DNA of 64,000 bases, taken from the IMG/VR virus record IMGVR_UViG_3300011242_000003, positions 32,001-96,000 of that record; one strand, written 5' to 3'. The DNA comes from a virus. Its lineage: Duplodnaviria > Caudoviricetes. This document shows, one piece after another, positions 10,762 through 21,334 of the stretch (position 1 is its first letter; each line of letters begins with the position of its first letter). Below the pieces are notes generated by a model that was given only the letters and a program-made list of their open reading frames with translations, had not been told where the DNA came from and searched no databases. Position numbers and translations under genes: made by a program.

Positions 10762-11490
10762 GTGATTATTATAAAATTAAATAAAGAAGAATTGTCTAGT
10801 ATATTAGGTATAACAAAGGAGAGTTTAAAAAAGATAGAAACTAAAGGACAACTTGAACAGAGATTAAATGCTAAAGGTTACATATTAAAAAATAGACTTA
10901 AAGAAGGTAGAAATATATATTACATAATTGAATTAGAAAATGAGAACAAAGAGGTGTATTCTAATATGTGTGAATATGTGTATAATGTTAAAAAAGAAAC
11001 GGAATTTACAAAATATTTTACTGTAAGAACTTCCACAAATGGCAATGAACTATTTCCTTTAAATTGTGCAGACATTGGAGAAGTTGCAAATGTAAGTTCT
11101 AAAACAGTTAAAAAATGGGATAATACATTGGAAATCAAAGACATAATAAGGAAAGATGGATTCTATTATTTTTCTATGGAATTAGAAACTAAAGAAATTA
11201 AAATGTGTTCTAAACAAGAGTATTTGAATTTTTGGAAGAATAAAGCGTTATTAAGTGCTTTAAATTCTTTGCAAATAAGATACATAAAGGGAGAAATTAC
11301 ATTAACGGAATTACAATTGTCTTCTATTGATATAGGTAATATTACTATGGCAGTAAAAGGAAAGTATTATTATAGAACTAAAAAATATGCAACGAACAAA
11401 GACAACAAATTATACATAGATACACTTGAATTAATTAAGGCGTTATATGGGAATAAAGATATAACAATTGAATATGAACTGATAGAGTAA
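10762..11490 (+). CDS. Putative DNA-binding protein
   Basis: AAGGAGG RBS; HTH-like segments; preceded by AATATGGGGAA/TTCCCCATATT inverted repeat at 10691-10752. Confidence 0.65.
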   Translation: MIIIKLNKEELSSILGITKESLKKIETKGQLEQRLNAKGYILKNRLKEGRNIYYIIELENENKEVYSNMCEYVYNVKKETEFTKYFTVRTSTNGNELFPLNCADIGEVANVSSKTVKKWDNTLEIKDIIRKDGFYYFSMELETKEIKMCSKQEYLNFWKNKALLSALNSLQIRYIKGEITLTELQLSSIDIGNITMAVKGKYYYRTKKYATNKDNKLYIDTLELIKALYGNKDITIEYELIE

Positions 11491-11521
11491 AATATTAAAT
11501 AGAGAGAAGGAATATAAAACA

Positions 11522-12190
11522 ATGAGAGGTATTTATAAAATTATAAATAAAACTACAAATAAGATTTACATAGGTGAGAGTTTAGATATATTGAGAAGAT
11601 GGGAAGAACATAGAAATAATTTAAATAACAATAAACATCATTCATATAAGCTACAACAAGATTGGAATACATATGGACAAGATAATTTTGATTTTAAAAT
11701 TGTATCTGTATTAGATGAATCAATTACTAATTATATAGGCAAATATATATGTGTCATATTTGAATACGTATATATAAATAAATATAACACTATAGAAAAT
11801 GGTTATAATGTAGAAAACACTTTACAATGTGTAGTAAATAAAACTAAGTCAATTACAAACAATATTGAAAAGGATTATGGTATTTGTAAAAGATATTGTA
11901 ATATGTATAAGAATGGAGAGATTATTAACAAGGATGGCATTATATTTATTAATAAATATTCTTTTAAAGATATCAACAAGGAATTAAATATAAGTAATGA
12001 AAAGGGAAAAGAATATTTTACATATAGTAGTTTTTATAGTGGCATCACTAAAAAGGTATTAAAAGAAGAAAAGTGTATAAATGGCATAATAACAAATAGC
12101 AATTATACCTATACAAAATTTACATATGAATTATACAAAAACATATTAAAAGAGATTAGAGAAGTTTTAAAAAATAAAAGTAATAAATGA
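11522..12190 (+). CDS. GIY-YIG endonuclease
   Basis: GIYKI...IYIGES...RRWEEH...E..YI..YN motifs. Confidence 0.9.
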   Translation: MRGIYKIINKTTNKIYIGESLDILRRWEEHRNNLNNNKHHSYKLQQDWNTYGQDNFDFKIVSVLDESITNYIGKYICVIFEYVYINKYNTIENGYNVENTLQCVVNKTKSITNNIEKDYGICKRYCNMYKNGEIINKDGIIFINKYSFKDINKELNISNEKGKEYFTYSSFYSGITKKVLKEEKCINGIITNSNYTYTKFTYELYKNILKEIREVLKNKSNK

Positions 12191-12755
12191 TAATTATATA
12201 ATATTATTATCAACTTAAAGAGTATGGAATTATATCACATACTCTTTATTTCACATTCCTTCACTTTTTAAAAACTTTAAACGTACAAATACATATCTTT
12301 ATAAAAATCCAATTGATAACACTCTCTTAGAATCCATCCTCTATAATGCAGTAATATCAACATTTACAAGGATTTTACACAATTCAATTATCAATTAGAA
12401 TTATTATCACTTGATAAAATCATGTATTTTCTAATATTTTGACTCTGAAAAGCTATAAAATTGACTATAATTACACTCATATAAACTAATATATTAAATT
12501 ACCTTAAATTATGCAAGATTCAATAATCTACTTGCAAATGAAGGAATTATATTTTCTCTTGCATATGAAATATTATATTGAATAACTTGCAATTGTTTGT
12601 AATGGCAACAGTATTAGTACTATTGATAAATACAATAGTTAGTATTACAAACTATAATAAATAATATATTAAATTATATATACATTATTAATAATTTATA
12701 GTATTATATTAGTAGGATATAAATTATTAATAATGATTTTTGGAGGATTAAGAAA

Positions 12756-13304
12756 ATGAATATATTAAAAACAATAACAACTATAACACTATCTTTAAGC
12801 ATATTAAATCCATTCAACAATACAAATAATACAGAATCTAATTACAACATAACCATACCAACTCCACAAAATGAGATAGTACAAACAATAGAAAACTACT
12901 CCAATTGTTACACACAAGACCTAAAAACTAATGAAGACTTACAAGAATATGCAACTCAATTCCTAGAAGATAATTATAATATAGAATTAAACATTCCAGT
13001 AACATTTAAATCTATAGATAGTAATATACTAGGGGCGTTCTATTATAATAAAGACACTAATAAACCGATTAAAATAGTTATAAATAACTTAATGTTAGCA
13101 GACAATAATTATTGTAGCCACGATATAGAAAGAACTCTAATTCATGAATGTACACATCTAGCATTAAATATATTGAATCAAGATTTCAAAGATGGTCAAG
13201 AAAGTTTTGAAAATGAAAATTATAAATTAGGTGGCAGAAGCAACGATATAAATACAAAAGCTAACTATCTAAATAGTAAAATAATGGTTAAATGTTGTAA
13301 TTAA
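12756..13304 (+). CDS. Putative exported SprT-like zinc metallopeptidase
   Basis: LGAF segment and TLIHECTH (HExxH); N-terminal signal-like stretch; terminator at 13304-13332. Confidence 0.75.
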   Translation: MNILKTITTITLSLSILNPFNNTNNTESNYNITIPTPQNEIVQTIENYSNCYTQDLKTNEDLQEYATQFLEDNYNIELNIPVTFKSIDSNILGAFYYNKDTNKPIKIVINNLMLADNNYCSHDIERTLIHECTHLALNILNQDFKDGQESFENENYKLGGRSNDINTKANYLNSKIMVKCCN

Positions 13305-13781
13305 AGAATAGTATAACTTACTATTCTTTTTTCTTTTGCTCCAGTATCAACAAACAATATAAAATTCACATTTTAACTGTGTATTATTGTAGATATAACG
13401 TTATTTGCTCCATATACGCTCATAGTTACATTTTAAAGTTATAAAGGTATAAACAAGATAATAACAGATAAAACACGTTATAATTGATTTTGTGACTATG
13501 TTATTTTAGATTACAATATATTATCTACATAAAACTTACTAAAACAAGCCTACAATAACTCTATACACTCCATATTGCCATTTTAACGCCACTTAGCACG
13601 ATTAAGGGTTAATTACATTACCAACTCGATTAAAACGTGTTAGATGTCATTTTACGAACACAATAAATATTAACAACTATACATATTTTGTTTACAATTT
13701 ATTAACTTTACAATATATATAACATAGTTTATAATTATAAGTGTAGAGGAGATATAAAACTTCTACATTACTACATAAAAC

Positions 13782-13837
13782 TTACTAAAACAAAATATTA
13801 AAAAGTTGTTGACATTAGTTAAGTATAGTAGTAAAAT
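13782..13837 (+). promoter_or_regulatory. Sigma-A promoter with upstream phage operator motif
   Basis: TTGACA (13809)-17 bp-TAAAAT (13832), preceded by AAAATATTAAA. Confidence 0.7.
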
Positions 13838-14357
13838 AAAGATAGTTAAACAAGTCATTACATAAAATCAAAAGAATTTATCAAAAATATTATATTAAAT
13901 TAGGTATCAAATTCGATACTACTGCATATAATATAATATAATATATAGATAAATAAGAAGTTCTTAGAAAAGTAAATAGTGTAGATACACACGAGACAAG
14001 TACACCGTAACATTTTATGTTATGCTAGTTTAGAAAAGTAAGAAAGTAGAAAAAATAGTAAAACCAAACTAAAGTAAAATAAATCTTAAAAGAGTGTATT
14101 CAAATTTAAATAGTAAATCAATGAATTGAAATATTAAGAGTATAAAACCTAACCGACATTTAATTAGAGCAGTAAATTATACTAATCTTACAAACTGCAT
14201 AAGCGACTAGTAATATTAATATATAGCCAGTTAGTGCGACTTGCTAAGTTATTTATAACTTATATGTTTTATACTCTTATCTTAACTAGTGTAAATATGT
14301 TACAATGTTTATAGTAATTAAGATTTAAAATTTAATTATGAAAAGGGGTTATGAGTT

Positions 14358-14675
14358 ATGAAATTTTATTATAAAAATAACGGAGAATTAAAAGGGGAAC
14401 TTAAGAGTGTATTCTGTAGTGATTATAGTATAGAAATTAGACTACTACATTGTCAAAATAGAAAAGCAATAAGCACAGATTTAGAAATTAATGTTTTAAA
14501 TAAAGATGGAGATTATGTAGATACGTTTATCCATAGTACTATTAAATCCGAGGGAGATTATGATAGTGTTATAGATTATAACACAAACGAATTTGAAAGT
14601 GTTAAAAAGAAACTTTACAAATATTTAGATACACATTTTCATAACGTTAAAATCATTGAAGATTGTGAAGGATAA
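14358..14675 (+). CDS. Hypothetical phage protein
   Basis: ORF with RBS in early-gene array. Confidence 0.7.
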   Translation: MKFYYKNNGELKGELKSVFCSDYSIEIRLLHCQNRKAISTDLEINVLNKDGDYVDTFIHSTIKSEGDYDSVIDYNTNEFESVKKKLYKYLDTHFHNVKIIEDCEG

Positions 14676-15070
14676 GGAGGAGTAAAATCCTTCCAAAGTA
14701 CATAAAATAAGACTTTTAAGTTAAAAATTGTTAGGATTTATAAGTAGAAAAAATTTATAAATCCTATAGAGTTTTTAAATAAACAAATATATTAAAAATA
14801 AAACTGATATTTTAAAGGCTATTTATAGCCTTGTACATATTAAACTAGTTGGATAAATTAGTTTAAACGTAGTTTCTATAGGTTAATCTAAAAAATCTAT
14901 AATACAGATGAATAAAAAATACTAAAAGGTTATACTATTAATGTGAAGAACTAAAGAAAAATTAAGTAAAATAAAATATTAAAAAGACTAGACAAAAATA
15001 TAAAAAGTATGCTATAATGAATTATAAGATAAATCAAGAAAAAATATTAAATGTAAAGGGGTAATACAAA

Positions 15071-15361
15071 ATGTTAGAAAAAATATTTAAAATGTTTATA
15101 AATGGAGAAAGAGAAAAAAGAGAAAATTCAACTTTATACTATGGTATGGCATCTAGCAGTGATTTATTTTATCACAAGTGTAAAGAGTATGGTTTTGCTG
15201 ACGTAGAATATAACTACTATCAAGTAGCACTGTGTAATGATGAAATGTTAGCAACTATAAGCTATACTGAAGGCGATGTATACCTAGAGGTGTTCAATAG
15301 TAAAGAATCTTACTTAGAAGGCAAAGAAAAATTCATTAACTGGTATAAAGAAAATTGTTAG
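15071..15361 (+). CDS. Hypothetical phage protein
   Basis: AAGGGG RBS; promoter at 14989-15018. Confidence 0.7.
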   Translation: MLEKIFKMFINGEREKRENSTLYYGMASSSDLFYHKCKEYGFADVEYNYYQVALCNDEMLATISYTEGDVYLEVFNSKESYLEGKEKFINWYKENC

Positions 15362-15449
15362 AAATAATATATTAAATAGTCGTTAATAGCAAACGGAGAT
15401 TTGCAACGGCAATACATAATAAAATAATAAATATAAAGGGGTAGTTAAA

Positions 15450-16019
15450 ATGAAAAATAAATATATAATTGAACAAATGGCAGAGTCAAGATGGTTTTAC
15501 ACATTTACAGAAGCAAATAAAAAAGGTGAAAAATTAATAATTGAATTATCAAAATGTGAAGATAACACTTCAAAAAATTCATTACCTAAACTTTGGAAAC
15601 AACATGGTTGCATTGACAGAGTTTTGGAAAATTATTGGAGTATTAACACCTATGTTAAAGATACTGAAGGAAATAGTTATGGTATGTATAATCCACAACA
15701 TAAACTAACAGAAGATAGAAAAAGGGAAGTTATAAATTTTGAATGGATGTTTGAAGCAACAGAAGAAAATAAGGAGAAATTAATAAATGAAGTGTATAGG
15801 TTATTTTCCTCAGCTAAGGGAGAAACTGCTACAGAAGAGAAAAAGAGAAATATAAAAGAATATGCAATAAAAAATAATATAGATATATATAAAACAATAC
15901 CTCGAGGATGGAGCAAGTCAAATTATTGTCTAACTGCTCCAATAGGGACAATTTGGATAAATAATAATAAATCATTTAAAAGCGGATGCAGAAAACAAAG
16001 TATATTGCTTGTAGGTTAG
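15450..16019 (+). CDS. Hypothetical phage protein
   Basis: AAGGGG RBS; 189 aa. Confidence 0.75.
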   Translation: MKNKYIIEQMAESRWFYTFTEANKKGEKLIIELSKCEDNTSKNSLPKLWKQHGCIDRVLENYWSINTYVKDTEGNSYGMYNPQHKLTEDRKREVINFEWMFEATEENKEKLINEVYRLFSSAKGETATEEKKRNIKEYAIKNNIDIYKTIPRGWSKSNYCLTAPIGTIWINNNKSFKSGCRKQSILLVG

Positions 16020-16123
16020 TTTTAAATATAGTTATATAAAATATTAAAAGCCTTTAAGTATTACAGAGATAATACAAGGCTAGTACATAATTAATAAGAA
16101 AAAATTTAAGGAGTTGTTTATAA

Positions 16124-16363
16124 ATGAAAGATATAAAAGTTATAAAAACAAATGGAGATTATTTCTTTACTAAAATCAACGGAACTGAAGAGGATATTAT
16201 AAATCATTATAATGATAATAACTTTTTAAGTTCAAATGATGACCAAATTAAAGAGGTCACTATAATATTAAAGGGTAAAGAAACTGGATTTCCAGGATGT
16301 AAACAAAGAGATATAATATATCAATTCACATATAATGATAAGGCACAATGTTATTTATATTAA
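16124..16363 (+). CDS. Hypothetical phage protein
   Basis: AAGGAG RBS. Confidence 0.7.
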   Translation: MKDIKVIKTNGDYFFTKINGTEEDIINHYNDNNFLSSNDDQIKEVTIILKGKETGFPGCKQRDIIYQFTYNDKAQCYLY

Positions 16364-16395
16364 GAAAAAATAAAGTATGTAGGAGTGAATGAGAT

Positions 16396-16683
16396 ATGAA
16401 TAAATTTAGAATACCAATAGTAAAATCAAGGGTAGATATAAATGATGTTTTTATAGATAATGGCTATATTAGAAAGCCTTTTGAAGATGTTTTTAAAAAT
16501 TATGATAAAGCAATTGATTTTTTAAAAAACAATAATGTAAAAGCATCTTTTCACAATGTATTTATAAAAGACAATCATATAGCATTATTTAGTAATTGGG
16601 AGGGCAACGAATATAATCAAATGGTTAAAAATCCACACTATATAGAAGCGTATGACATTACACAAATACAAATATATTTATAA
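16396..16683 (+). CDS. Hypothetical phage protein
   Basis: AGGAG RBS. Confidence 0.7.
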   Translation: MNKFRIPIVKSRVDINDVFIDNGYIRKPFEDVFKNYDKAIDFLKNNNVKASFHNVFIKDNHIALFSNWEGNEYNQMVKNPHYIEAYDITQIQIYL

Positions 16684-16706
16684 TCAAACAAATTAAAAGG
16701 CTGATT

Positions 16707-16763
16707 TTAAGTGAAATAAAATATTAAAAATGTATTGACAATGTGATTAATATAGTATAAAAT
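16707..16763 (+). promoter_or_regulatory. Sigma-A promoter with 22-bp operator
   Basis: TTAAGTGAAATAAAATATTAAA, then TTGACA (16735)-17 bp-TAAAAT. Confidence 0.75.
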
Positions 16764-17265
16764 TAAGGTAGTTAATAAAATATTAAATTAATATAAAGCG
16801 AGGTAATAATAATATTATATTGTGTAGATATTAGAGAAAAGAAAACAGGAAATACAATTAAAACAATTTTAGAAACAGAAATTCACGAAGAAGCGTGGAA
16901 TGTTGTAAATGAATATAGTGAAGAATACGGAATATATTTAACAATTGCAAAAGAATATCCAAAGGAAAAATATTTTCTTGATGTTTATAATAAAGAAAAC
17001 TAATAAAATATTAAAGGAGCATGAGAAAAAATGTTAATTAGTCAAGAAGGAAATTTATTCATTATATCCAGTAATGGAGTCATAACAACTAGCAACAAAA
17101 ATAAAGATATGGCTATCAAGTGCCATAAACGTAAATTACAAGTGTTGAAATGGTTGCATGTAATATAACATACATAGAGAAAAAATGCTTTAGAAGGCAT
17201 ATGAGAGAGTTTAAATGGGTATTGGAAAAATAGTATATAAGAAAAAAATAAGGAGTGAATAAGGT

Positions 17266-17829
17266 ATGAAAAAGGGATGGGGCTATGGTAAACAATCCAT
17301 GTCATTAAATGATAAAATCAAAAATGGTAAGGTATTAAAATTTGAAAATAATAATATGAAAGTATATGAATATATTTTAAATGCTTCAGCTCATACTTAT
17401 TTTAAGGATATTACAATAAAATATATTAACAATTTAAACACTAAGAAAAAAACAATAGTATTAAATGGATTATATAAATCAATAAATTATGATTGTAGTA
17501 AATGTAAAAATCAAAATGAATTATTTGAATATGTGGCTAATACATTAATTGATTTATATATCAGAGAAAATTCTAAATTAGAAGATGATTATTTTCAAGG
17601 CAAAGAAAATTATATGTATTGCATAAAAAACATGAATTATATTGATTCTTTAAATAATAATGAATTTACAAAGTTTATAAATAAATTTTTTAATACAATA
17701 TCAGAATTTAAAATGGAAACTAGGAGAAAAATTTGGAATGATATTTACAAAGATATTTTTAATAGAAGTGAATATCAAGATGAAGATATAGTAAATTTAC
17801 ATTGTAAATATATTGAATTATCACAATAA
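17266..17829 (+). CDS. Hypothetical phage protein
   Basis: AAGGAG RBS; 187 aa. Confidence 0.7.
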   Translation: MKKGWGYGKQSMSLNDKIKNGKVLKFENNNMKVYEYILNASAHTYFKDITIKYINNLNTKKKTIVLNGLYKSINYDCSKCKNQNELFEYVANTLIDLYIRENSKLEDDYFQGKENYMYCIKNMNYIDSLNNNEFTKFINKFFNTISEFKMETRRKIWNDIYKDIFNRSEYQDEDIVNLHCKYIELSQ

Positions 17830-17866
17830 AATGTATGTTTTATTTAATTAAAAAGGAGTGTTTTGA

Positions 17867-18076
17867 ATGGAAATAATAACAGAGAATAAAGGGTATAAAT
17901 TTAGTGAATTAAGCACAGAAGCAAAAGAGAGAGCAAAGCAAGACTATTATGACGGGATAGATAATGGTGACAGTTGTGAACAATTTGAAGTAATGTTTAG
18001 TGATAAAGAATATTCTGAGTTGTCAGATGGAAATGATTATAAATACTATGAAGACGGAGAATTGAAAAACAGTTAA
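17867..18076 (+). CDS. Hypothetical phage protein
   Basis: AAGGAG RBS; YKFSELSTEAKERA. Confidence 0.7.
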   Translation: MEIITENKGYKFSELSTEAKERAKQDYYDGIDNGDSCEQFEVMFSDKEYSELSDGNDYKYYEDGELKNS

Positions 18077-18109
18077 AAGAAAAAAATAAGTAGTATGGAG
18101 GAATAGGAA

Positions 18110-18331
18110 ATGGAAAAATATTTAAAACAATTAAAGGAATATATGAAATATAATAAATTAGAAAATAGTTTAATACATGAGAATTTTAAAAAAGCTTTTA
18201 TAAGTGAGGATTTTCATAATATGTATTTAGATTCTAAGACTTATCCAGCATTAAAACAACAAGTATGGAAATTAATGTGTCAATATCAAAATGAATTTTC
18301 TAATAAATATATAAAACCTTGGATATGGTAA
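18110..18331 (+). CDS. Hypothetical phage protein
   Basis: GGAGG RBS. Confidence 0.7.
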   Translation: MEKYLKQLKEYMKYNKLENSLIHENFKKAFISEDFHNMYLDSKTYPALKQQVWKLMCQYQNEFSNKYIKPWIW

Positions 18332-18371
18332 TAAAATAAAAGAATAAATTTATAAGTATAAGGAGGAAAAA

Positions 18372-18584
18372 ATGAAAAGAGGTTTTCAAAAGGGAACTGT
18401 GTGTTTCTTTGTAAATGAAAATAAAGAATTAACAAATTGCCAAATATCTTTAGACAAACATAGGCAACTAGAAATAGGAGATATATTTATGTTTAATGAG
18501 GATTTCAAAAACTTCAATCATATACCTATGGTTGTCGTTGGCTTTGCAGATATATTTCCATTAATAGTTGAAGTAAATATATAA
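18372..18584 (+). CDS. Hypothetical phage protein
   Basis: AGGAGG RBS. Confidence 0.7.
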   Translation: MKRGFQKGTVCFFVNENKELTNCQISLDKHRQLEIGDIFMFNEDFKNFNHIPMVVVGFADIFPLIVEVNI

Positions 18585-18617
18585 AACAAGTGATTTAAAT
18601 GATATATAAGAAAAATT

Positions 18618-18683
18618 AAGCCGAAACTACTCTTCAATAGAGTAGTCAATATAAGATGATAACTTATATTCTGATGATTGGTA
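18618..18683 (+). ncRNA. Hammerhead ribozyme (type II topology)
   Basis: GCC-GAAA, stem III CTACTCT/AGAGTAG, GTC triplet (18645-18647), stem I AATATAAG/CTTATATT, CTGATGA core (18671-18677), then TTGGT. Confidence 0.8.
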
Positions 18684-18706
18684 AATCAAAATATTAAATA
18701 AAGGAT

Positions 18707-18901
18707 GTGCAAATTATGAAACCTAAATATATATGTCAGCTAAATCAAGCCATACAAGAAAAAACTAAGTCAAAGGTAATAAACTACCTTGAAGGAATTG
18801 AGAAGGGGTTAGCGTTCAAATTAGACGATTTTGGAGTACCTAACATAGACAATATAATGAATGATAGTATAAGTAATTTAGAAAATATGATTTATGAATA
18901 G
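18707..18901 (+). CDS. Hypothetical phage protein
   Basis: AAGGA RBS; follows the ribozyme. Confidence 0.6.
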   Translation: MQIMKPKYICQLNQAIQEKTKSKVINYLEGIEKGLAFKLDDFGVPNIDNIMNDSISNLENMIYE

Positions 18902-18922
18902 AGAAAAAATTTTAAGGATGGT

Positions 18923-19327
18923 GTGTTAATAATGACAAATGAATGTTTGAAAATTATAGAAAAATTAAAAGTTTTGGATAAAATAAAAATAATAAAAACA
19001 GATTTTTACAGTATTAAGAATAACGATAATATGTTTGAAGAAATAGTTGATAATAGGGCGAAATTTTTGGAATTTAACGGAGAGCAAATTCTTTATGAAA
19101 TAGGATTAACTAAGGCAGTAAATGAATTAATCGAAATGTTTGAAGGTTGTAACTCATATGAGGAAGCGAGAGATAAAATTATTGAATTTGGTGGAAAAGA
19201 TTTGTTTTCAGAAGAGAATGGATACTGTATAACAAAAGGCACAACAGGACACCTATATACTGGATGGTGTGTTATATATGGTAATAACGAGGATAAGGCT
19301 ATTTATTGGGATGTAAGATGGTATTAA
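18923..19327 (+). CDS. Hypothetical phage protein
   Basis: ORF track; RBS. Confidence 0.7.
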   Translation: MLIMTNECLKIIEKLKVLDKIKIIKTDFYSIKNNDNMFEEIVDNRAKFLEFNGEQILYEIGLTKAVNELIEMFEGCNSYEEARDKIIEFGGKDLFSEENGYCITKGTTGHLYTGWCVIYGNNEDKAIYWDVRWY

Positions 19328-19374
19328 AATCATGGATTTATTTGGTAAGAAAAATATTAACTAGAGGTGAAACA

Positions 19375-19590
19375 ATGAGCAATAAGAAAAAATTTTTATT
19401 AACTTATGAAGAACTATATAAAATATTTCAGCGTGGATACTGCACACAAGAGGAGTTTAATCTATTAAGTAACTCTTATATAGTAAAGGAGATAAGATTT
19501 GTTATAGAGGACTTAGAGAGCATTAAATGGTATATTATCAAAGATGAACTAGAAAATGAGTATAGTATCTATGTAAAGGATGATATATAA
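19375..19590 (+). CDS. Hypothetical phage protein
   Basis: GAGGTG RBS before ATG at 19375. Confidence 0.65.
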   Translation: MSNKKKFLLTYEELYKIFQRGYCTQEEFNLLSNSYIVKEIRFVIEDLESIKWYIIKDELENEYSIYVKDDI

Positions 19591-19601
19591 GAAAAAATTA
19601 G

Positions 19602-19660
19602 TTACGTAGAATAAAATATTAAATTAAGTGTTGACATAATATAGAAAAGTATGATAGAAT
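19602..19660 (+). promoter_or_regulatory. Sigma-A promoter with operator
   Basis: Operator 19602-19623, TTGACA at 19631, TGnTAGAAT. Confidence 0.7.
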
Positions 19661-19710
19661 TAATTATAAGGTTGGTAGAGAAAAAATAAGTATAAAGGGG
19701 ATATGTAAAG

Positions 19711-19917
19711 ATGATGTATGTTAATAAAAATACTGGTAAGAAATTAACAGAAAAACAATACAATGAATTACTTCATAGAGAAAATTTAGACGCTTGGGAA
19801 AATAATTTAAATGTAATAGTAGAGGAATTTAAAGAAGAGGGGAAAAGTTTTGAAGACTATGAAAAATATATGACTGATACTTATTGTGACTTAGATTTTG
19901 AAATAGTAGAAGAATAG
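19711..19917 (+). CDS. Hypothetical phage protein
   Basis: AAGGGG RBS. Confidence 0.7.
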   Translation: MMYVNKNTGKKLTEKQYNELLHRENLDAWENNLNVIVEEFKEEGKSFEDYEKYMTDTYCDLDFEIVEE

Positions 19918-19952
19918 TATATAAAGAAAAATAATTATAGGGGTGTATTAAG

Positions 19953-20216
19953 ATGAACGAATATACATTAGACCATATAACTAAAGAAAATGATAAATGG
20001 TTTGCAGAAATAAAAGATGAGAACAACAATGCTGAACACACTGGTGATATATATGGATGGGAAGGAATGAGCTATTCTTCATTAAAATGTATATTAAGTG
20101 AATATTATAATATAGACATACCTAAAATAAAGGAATTAAAGATTTTAAAGAAAACTTCAAATAGGGTTATATATGTTTTAAATCATAAAGGAGGATATAT
20201 AGAATGTTTAAAGTAG
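19953..20216 (+). CDS. Hypothetical phage protein
   Basis: AGGGG RBS. Confidence 0.7.
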   Translation: MNEYTLDHITKENDKWFAEIKDENNNAEHTGDIYGWEGMSYSSLKCILSEYYNIDIPKIKELKILKKTSNRVIYVLNHKGGYIECLK

Positions 20217-20381
20217 TAATAATGTCTTATGAAGATAGTAAAATAATAAAAGAATTTGAATCCTGTCAAAGTGAAAGAACTGCCGAAACAATAGAAAGAG
20301 GAATTAATATAAATTTAAATCATGATGAATATTATACTGAGATAGTACCAGTTGATTAGAGAAAATTAGTTATAAGAGGAG

Positions 20382-21068
20382 TTGTGTAAAATGGAATGGA
20401 AAATAGAAGAATTAAAACTATATAATCAAAAGAGTGGATTGTTTTTGGGTAAAGAAAAAATTTTTGATTATGAGTCCAAAGCAACAAGAGAAGAAAAAAT
20501 TGCTTTTATAGACAATTTGACAGATGGCAAACTTAGTTACCTATTAGATTTAATTGATAAATTTAATACAGATAAAGAGGATTTACCTAAAAATAATTGG
20601 GGTTATGTAAAAACAGTATCATTAAAGGCATGGATTAATAGAAATGATACAAAATATGAACGTAAAGTAATAGATGATAAATATACTATTGGAGAGTATA
20701 ACTTGTTAGGCACAAAGAGAAATATTGATTCTAATTACAAGGGAACTTATGATACTTATGAAGATTTAGTGGATGAATTATTCCATAGACAATTAAAGAA
20801 GTGTGAATTAGCCGAGAAAGAGTGGTTTTTAGAACATGATGAGTATAGTGTATTAAGAAAAAAATTCAAAGGTAAAATGGAAAAATACAGTACAACATTT
20901 GGTATTCATATCGGTTGGAGTAGTGAAGGGAATATATATGTATATGATAAGGATAGTAAGAATAAAAGAGATATAACTATAGATGAATTGAAAGAATTAT
21001 TAGCCAAATATGAAAAGCTAGACAGATTAGTTGAGAAATTAACAGCAGAAACAAATATAAAGTATTAG
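20382..21068 (+). CDS. Hypothetical phage protein
   Basis: GAGGAG RBS; 228 aa. Confidence 0.75.
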   Translation: MCKMEWKIEELKLYNQKSGLFLGKEKIFDYESKATREEKIAFIDNLTDGKLSYLLDLIDKFNTDKEDLPKNNWGYVKTVSLKAWINRNDTKYERKVIDDKYTIGEYNLLGTKRNIDSNYKGTYDTYEDLVDELFHRQLKKCELAEKEWFLEHDEYSVLRKKFKGKMEKYSTTFGIHIGWSSEGNIYVYDKDSKNKRDITIDELKELLAKYEKLDRLVEKLTAETNIKY

Positions 21069-21105
21069 TTAAAATAAAATGAAAGATTTAAAAGGGGTGT
21101 AGTAA

Positions 21106-21300
21106 ATGTTAAATAATGATAAAATAACCTGTAAATACTGCAATAGTAAAATGCATTTTGAAGGAGATGAACTACAAGATGATGATTCCTTAGTTTATCA
21201 CTTTTATTGTGAAAATTGTGAAACGGAACATGATATAACTCATTGTACAGATGGAAGTATATTATATGAGTGGGATAAAGGGAAGAGTTTGTATAAGTAA
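21106..21300 (+). CDS. Small Zn-ribbon protein
   Basis: CKYC...CENC. Confidence 0.65.
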   Translation: MLNNDKITCKYCNSKMHFEGDELQDDDSLVYHFYCENCETEHDITHCTDGSILYEWDKGKSLYK

Positions 21301-21334
21301 AAATTTTCATGAAAGATTTAAGGGGGATTTAGTA

